From: a virus
Taxonomy: Duplodnaviria > Caudoviricetes
IMG/VR virus record: IMGVR_UViG_3300048790_000047
Location: 1-58,793 of that record
Reading direction: 5' to 3' (one strand)
Length of the DNA: 58,793 nucleotides
Shown: positions 53,910 to 58,793 of the stretch, one piece after another
Position numbering within the stretch: the stretch's first letter is position 1
Layout: every line of letters begins with the position of its first letter
Notes under the pieces: generated by a model
The model's input: only the letters and a program-made list of their open reading frames with translations
The model's database searches: none
What the model was told of the DNA's origin: nothing
Program-made: the position numbers and the translations under genes

Positions 53910-56683
53910 TACACATCTCCTAGCTCGTGCACCGTCGGCGCAACCTGCATATTGGAAATGAGCACGCGCGCATTAAGCTCGAACTGCCACTGCTCGACTT
54001 TGTAGCCCGAAATGATGCGCAGGAGTTCGCCAGACTTGCGGAGTTCGCGAACCGTCACGAGATTGCCATCCGCGAACACGCGGACAATTCCGTACTGACC
54101 CGTTGCGAGGGTGTTCCACGCAGGGTCGTCCGTCTCAAGCTCCTGGCGCTTCGCAGACTGTGTGGGTGTGTTTGGCGGCACAGTGAAGAACACCCGCATA
54201 GCCGACAAGTTCGCCTTCGCCTTCTGCTGATATATTTTTGAGCGCCACGTATAAGGCTGAATGAGCGGAGCCTCGTCAGTGAAGTCAAAGTAGTACACAC
54301 CCCCGTTCTGCACGAGCAGGCCGATGCCTGTCCACGGGTCGGTGAGCACATTCTGAATGTCAAAGCCATTGGGCGAGCCCAACGAGTTGAACCCGAGGCG
54401 GTGGCCGCCTGGCTGTGGCCAGATCGAAAAGCTCTGCGCGTCGGACGGGTTGAGTTCAATCGTGAACCCTTGCTGCGCATAGGTGTCGACGCCATTGGTG
54501 ACAGACCCATATGCAAAGTAGGACGACGCCAAAAGAATGGCGCGCGTAGACATAGGCGGCGTGAGCTTCGCCCAGTTCTCGCGGGTGATCCACAACTCAG
54601 TTGTGTTCGTCGCCTGGCCGAAAGACGTGACCAATATCAAGCCGTTCAGGCTCGTGTAATACACGCCGGTGTCGCCACCTAGGATCGACCCGCGCGAACT
54701 GCACGGCTCTTTTAGGGCCGACTTTGAGAGCGCCATGTTGGCCGGGTTAACGCCGGTCAACGTGTAGGGCGTGCCCGATGTGCAGACGACAAGCGTTTGT
54801 CCCGTCACGCCAAGTCCCACGATCGGGAACTCAGTCGTAACAACATAAGACGGCGGCCACGCGTGCGGGAAATACGGCTCGCTGAACCAGACCTCGTTAC
54901 CTTTGAAGCCGACGGTCATGCCATTAGGCATCGCGACAATCCCGAGGAGCCCTTCCGGCGGCGGGAACCACAGGGTGCTGGGCATCTGCAAGTTGAAGGC
55001 GACCACTACATCTGAGAGCGTGTCGATCACCTGACCGGCCGGGGAGCCGGCCACAACCGTGCCGTTCGTACCCCCAGTGACGGACACCGTATTGTTGTTC
55101 GACAGCGTGACAGCCCCGGTGGCGATATCAATATCGCACACCCAGAAGAACACAGTCTGGCCTGTGGCGCCGCTGACAGTCCGGTAGAGGCGGATCGTCT
55201 TGAGGTTGCGCGCAACGCCCATGTCATCAGGCGGCGGACCGAACGTGTCCACCGTCCATGTGCCGTTGTCCCAGCCGTTTACAAGCGTGGGCGGGCTGGG
55301 CGGACCCTCTTCGCCATATTCCGTGATCCAGGTGTAAACATACGCGCGCGCCTCGATCACCGACGAAGTCGTGAGGTCACCCCACATCTGCCAATCGGGC
55401 TGGCCACCGGCCATCGCAGGCGCTTCGCCGGGAGGACCGTTCGTCCAAGTCGCAGCCTGCGCGCCGTTACCCGCGTTCGCGTTATCGTCAGCCAGCGCAA
55501 TCGGGATCGCCGTATCCATGAGGAAGCCAATCCAGTACTGGGTGTCCATCAGGAGCCCAGTTGGATTGACGAACTGTGACGACAGCGCAACGCTGATCTG
55601 GCATCCAGTCACGATAGCGCCGGTGTTTAGAAGCTGCCCTGGCGTCCCGTTATTGTCATCGTATACGACCGCGGCGAAGTTGGCCGTAGTGCTGAGGGCC
55701 AGCGGCATGAGCGAGACTTCGTTGAGCGTCATAGCGCCGGTGGGCGTAACCGGCGTCAGGATCAGCATGTTGCCACCTGGCGTAGCGCTATTTGTCGAGA
55801 TTGAATTAGGGAAGCCTAGCTGCGCGCTGTCGCCGCCACCGGTGACGGACACCATAGGTTCGCAACCCGGCGCGGGCACGCCCAATAGCCACGGCGCCTG
55901 TCCGGCGCTAATACGCGCGTGCGTGTTGTACTGTGGCGGCAGCGACGGACTGGCAAAATAGTAGCGGTCGTATTGGTCATCGACGACTGGCGAGCGCAAC
56001 ACGTTCGTGTCCGGGTCCGCGAACTCCAGCCACGTCGCGGCACCGGTGATCGAGCTATCGAAATTCGGGTTTATGCCTCCCGTAAAATAGGGAGTGGCCC
56101 AGCTAAAGCGCGCGCCGCTAGTCGACTCAGCGACAGCCAGCGTATTATACGCCTCGCCATAGTCTGCGGCCTGGACGTAGATAACCGCGCCATTGATGGT
56201 GTTAGGTGCAAACGTCGTAGGATTTTTGAGGGCGCCCGACAGATCGAGCGCTGTGTTCGCGCTGGTATCGGTGCCATACAAGACGCCGGCATTGGTAGAG
56301 AGCCCGTTGTCCGCCGTGAGTGCGTCAAGCAGATTTTGAGCGCTTATTGCAGCCGTAGCGCCAATGAGCACGTCGAACGCGTTCGTTACCGTCGCGGTAA
56401 ACTTGTACGTCATCTCCCCGAGTGTCACCGTGTCACCTTCATGGGGGACACCGAGGACCGTCAGCGTGTCGCTCGCGGCGGCCTGCGTGACTGTGGGTAC
56501 GCGATAGACGTACTTGGCAGCGCTGTTCAAAAGCGTGCGCAGGAGCTTCGGCGTGCGCCATCCGTTGAGGGCACCTGAGAACAGATACCCGTTTACGGAG
56601 TTCGCAGCCTGCCCCGCTGGCAGAAGATGGTCATCCCATGCCGGCAACATTCCGCCATATTGATCGAGCTTAATGCCCGGCAT
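53909..56683 (-). CDS. Tail tubular/nozzle (stabilisation) protein
   Basis: GM.P....LLP...A, LGVPAP, RAYVYTW...GEEGPPS, WFSEPY.PHAWP, Y.WRSK motifs; apparent insertion domains. Confidence 0.75.
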   Translation of the reverse strand: MPGIKLDQYGGMLPAWDDHLLPAGQAANSVNGYLFSGALNGWRTPKLLRTLLNSAAKYVYRVPTVTQAAASDTLTVLGVPHEGDTVTLGEMTYKFTATVTNAFDVLIGATAAISAQNLLDALTADNGLSTNAGVLYGTDTSANTALDLSGALKNPTTFAPNTINGAVIYVQAADYGEAYNTLAVAESTSGARFSWATPYFTGGINPNFDSSITGAATWLEFADPDTNVLRSPVVDDQYDRYYFASPSLPPQYNTHARISAGQAPWLLGVPAPGCEPMVSVTGGGDSAQLGFPNSISTNSATPGGNMLILTPVTPTGAMTLNEVSLMPLALSTTANFAAVVYDDNNGTPGQLLNTGAIVTGCQISVALSSQFVNPTGLLMDTQYWIGFLMDTAIPIALADDNANAGNGAQAATWTNGPPGEAPAMAGGQPDWQMWGDLTTSSVIEARAYVYTWITEYGEEGPPSPPTLVNGWDNGTWTVDTFGPPPDDMGVARNLKTIRLYRTVSGATGQTVFFWVCDIDIATGAVTLSNNNTVSVTGGTNGTVVAGSPAGQVIDTLSDVVVAFNLQMPSTLWFPPPEGLLGIVAMPNGMTVGFKGNEVWFSEPYFPHAWPPSYVVTTEFPIVGLGVTGQTLVVCTSGTPYTLTGVNPANMALSKSALKEPCSSRGSILGGDTGVYYTSLNGLILVTSFGQATNTTELWITRENWAKLTPPMSTRAILLASSYFAYGSVTNGVDTYAQQGFTIELNPSDAQSFSIWPQPGGHRLGFNSLGSPNGFDIQNVLTDPWTGIGLLVQNGGVYYFDFTDEAPLIQPYTWRSKIYQQKAKANLSAMRVFFTVPPNTPTQSAKRQELETDDPAWNTLATGQYGIVRVFADGNLVTVRELRKSGELLRIISGYKVEQWQFELNARVLISNMQVAPTVHELGDV

Positions 56684-56695
56684 GGGACTGAGACC

Positions 56696-57148
56696 TTACG
56701 AGATACGGGAACGCCCCGCGATGTTAGACTGATCATTGGAGCCGGCGCCGTCGACGGGACGGAAGACAGGGGTAGAGCTACCCGAGGTTTCGTCTCGCTT
56801 CATGGGCGGCCGGTTCTTCTGCTGATCAGCGTAGAACTGCGCGCGCTTGCGCCCAGCCTCTTGTTCAAGTTGGATCGTCGACTTCTGGCGATCATTGAGC
56901 GGCGCCGGTTTGTGCACGACGGGCGGCCGGTTGCGGTGCTCGGTCATCTTTGCCACAAAGTCGTCGATCTTGATCTGCTTGTCGTTACGCACTTCAGCCG
57001 TGGCTTCAGCCGTGGCTTCTTGCGCAGCGACCGGCTTTACATCGGACAGCGGCGCAGCTTTAGCCTTGGCGCGCTTCGGCGCCGGTGTTTCAGCGGCCGG
57101 GCTTGACGCTTCCGCTATCTGATCCTGGGGTGCTTGGTCCGTCGGCAT
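56696..57148 (-). CDS. Hypothetical protein
   Basis: AGGAG RBS; low-complexity sequence. Confidence 0.6.
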   Translation of the reverse strand: MPTDQAPQDQIAEASSPAAETPAPKRAKAKAAPLSDVKPVAAQEATAEATAEVRNDKQIKIDDFVAKMTEHRNRPPVVHKPAPLNDRQKSTIQLEQEAGRKRAQFYADQQKNRPPMKRDETSGSSTPVFRPVDGAGSNDQSNIAGRSRIS

Positions 57149-57322
57149 TGTCAACTCCTTGTGAGACTACGGGTGTCGAGGCATCAAAACTACCGCCAAT
57201 GGCGGCTCTTCGCGCTCCATGGTCCGCGCGCTCGGCACGGCCCTGGGAGTACAAAATACGGGGACGTTTGGCGTTGGCGTCCATCGCGGCCTGGAGATTG
57301 GCATGAGGACGTTTACGCTTCA

Positions 57323-57562
57323 TTAAAGCAAGCCCGTGCGGAACAGAGGGCAGTGTAACGCCTGCCCTATCTGGTTACGCTTTTTCAGGTCCAACGCCAG
57401 CAGAGCGGCAGCGAAGCGCTTGCTCTTGGGGTCGTACGTGTTGTATTTGAGCGGCCCCACTAAAGCCTTACATATTAACGAAATCTGCGGGGGTCTCGGC
57501 TGAAATGTGGCACAGCCAGATACCAGCGACAGAATTATGAGCAGTGGTGCTAGGTACTTCAT
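57323..57562 (-). CDS. o-spanin (Rz1-like lipoprotein)
   Basis: Signal peptide with lipobox VSGC, after the i-spanin. Confidence 0.7.
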   Translation of the reverse strand: MKYLAPLLIILSLVSGCATFQPRPPQISLICKALVGPLKYNTYDPKSKRFAAALLALDLKKRNQIGQALHCPLFRTGLL

Positions 57563-57565
57563 GGC

Positions 57566-57904
57566 TCAATAGTCCTTACGGTCCCAGGGGTCGGGCTTGG
57601 CTACGGATGCAGGCGTGTTGACACTTTCGGTCGCGTTGTTAACCGTTGTGTTTACGACAGCCGACTGGGCGTGATCCCGATTAAGCTGGAGCTTGACGCC
57701 GACACCCATCATGAACGTGGCAATGGCAACGGCAACGGCCGCCCACCACAGGTCTTTCCGCATCCCGGTCAAGAACGGCCCGATCACAGGGATAGCTGTA
57801 GTGAACCAGCCCGCGGCGAACAGCAGGATGGCAAGCCCAAAACCGGTGCCAAAATGCCACACCAAACCCCAAAGCCCGGCAAAGAAAACGTGGAGCGCGA
57901 TCAT
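57566..57904 (-). CDS. i-spanin (Rz-like) membrane protein
   Basis: TM segments plus a periplasmic tail ending DPWDRKD; follows the endolysin. Confidence 0.6.
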   Translation of the reverse strand: MIALHVFFAGLWGLVWHFGTGFGLAILLFAAGWFTTAIPVIGPFLTGMRKDLWWAAVAVAIATFMMGVGVKLQLNRDHAQSAVVNTTVNNATESVNTPASVAKPDPWDRKDY

Positions 57905-57905
57905 G

Positions 57906-58529
57906 TTATTTCCCGTTCATAAAATTCGAGAACAGCGTCCAGTACCCTGCATGGGGGGTAACTTTTTCAGCGGGCGCAGCTTTCTTGATTACCAGTTCTG
58001 GCGGCGGCGTCACGTCCGGCGAAGGAGGGCCGAGGTCAGCTATTTTGATTGCAATCGGCGGCCCGTTGATCCCCTTCAAGCATGACGCCTGCTCAGCGCG
58101 ACGGCGCGTATCGAGCCCCTTGATCACGCGACCACCTGCCCGATTATAGAGCCGTAGCGCGTCACACGCGGCGGTCCAGTTACCTTCGTTCGAGAACTTA
58201 GCCATAGACGATCGACAGAAGCCGCCGACGCCAATGTTATAAGTCGTCGAGATAAACACGACGTGCACGCCGTCGGGTAGATCGCGGTTGAGGCACGCAG
58301 TGAGCCCGTCATCGTACTTGACGAGGGCCTTTTCAAGCCGGACTTTGCAGCCGGCCGGTGTGTCAACGTCGCCCATTTTCACAGGGCTATCTGCGTTCGT
58401 CTCGCCGTAGCAGATCGTAACGACGCCGACTACGTCCTTGTACGCGTGCGTGTCCAGCCCCTCGAATGGCATGATCATGGCCGCCGCGGCAGCTAAAACT
58501 CCAGCCGATGCACGCGATGCCCGGTTCAT
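57906..58529 (-). CDS. SAR endolysin (GH24 lysozyme)
   Basis: Ala-rich N-terminus; E-X8-D-X5-T triad (FEG...KD..GVVT), YNIG, GL..RR.AE; Pro-rich C-terminal extension. Confidence 0.92.
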   Translation of the reverse strand: MNRASRASAGVLAAAAAMIMPFEGLDTHAYKDVVGVVTICYGETNADSPVKMGDVDTPAGCKVRLEKALVKYDDGLTACLNRDLPDGVHVVFISTTYNIGVGGFCRSSMAKFSNEGNWTAACDALRLYNRAGGRVIKGLDTRRRAEQASCLKGINGPPIAIKIADLGPPSPDVTPPPELVIKKAAPAEKVTPHAGYWTLFSNFMNGK

Positions 58530-58747
58530 GACACGTCAAACTTCTTCTGAGTGACGAAACGCGCGATAAGCGCAGCGAAGACCACTACGAACAACAAGCT
58601 CGCAAGTTCGAGTGGCGTGATTGGCAGATACGGCCCGATTACCGGGAGAGCTACCTCAAGACCAGAGAGAACGGCGGCGCCAATTAGAAGTCGAACGCTC
58701 CACGCGTACTTCAACAAGTCGCGCCAATCGTCTCCGATATTGAGCAT
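58526..58747 (-). CDS. Holin
   Basis: 73 aa, two TM helices, immediately upstream of the endolysin. Confidence 0.75.
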   Translation of the reverse strand: MLNIGDDWRDLLKYAWSVRLLIGAAVLSGLEVALPVIGPYLPITPLELASLLFVVVFAALIARFVTQKKFDVS

Positions 58748-58750
58748 CTT

Positions 58751-58793
58751 TCATGCTCCAGTGGGACCAGTTGTGGCAGCGGCCGGGAGCGGG
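58751..58793 (-). CDS. C-terminal end of a collagen-like protein (probably continues the 1..356 gene)
   Basis: Reads PLPAAATTGPTGA*; frame-compatible with the gene running off position 1. Confidence 0.6.
   Translation of the reverse strand, partial: PLPAAATTGPTGA

Noticed and set aside
1932-56400. Dispersed palindrome as a CRISPR array, REP element or terminator family
   Set aside because: Copies are only 15 bp, kilobases apart, often inside genes, and lack regular spacers and (mostly) U tracts
1-58793. Integrase, cI repressor, ParA/ParB, RNA polymerase or tRNA genes
   Set aside because: No ORF with the catalytic motifs and no cloverleaf with a T-loop seen by eye; an HMM and tRNAscan run would be needed to exclude them fully

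Overview
The window looks like a complete or nearly complete, circularly permuted genome of about 58.8 kb from a podovirus-like tailed phage. The host is most likely alphaproteobacterial, inferred from a CtrA-like gene and CtrA-type boxes. Layout: leftward head, collagen-fibre and glycosylation genes (1-11.4 kb); rightward packaging genes (11.6-15.2 kb); leftward regulatory and anti-defence genes including a receiver-less CtrA homologue and a Tad2/DUF2829 protein (15.1-19.5 kb); an AT-rich control/origin region (19.5-21.2 kb); rightward early and replication genes (AAA+/VWA pair, PolA, HD and diphosphohydrolase nucleotide enzymes, nucleases, SNF2 helicase, primase-helicase; 21.2-43.4 kb); and leftward internal virion, tail and lysis genes (43.7-58.8 kb). 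I found no integrase, tRNA or CRISPR array. The strongest unexplained signal is a 15-bp palindrome, TTACCGYNRCGGTAA, present in 16 exact and 6 near-exact copies across the genome. Copies lie at gene junctions, inside coding sequence, and beside CtrA-type boxes at late promoters. Other notable signals are a GT2-TPR glycosyltransferase and methyltransferase next to Thr-rich collagen genes, a hairpin whose loop is the exact complement of a duplicated early-gene RBS, and NrdR-like boxes in the control region. All calls come from reading the sequence by eye; no database searches were run.
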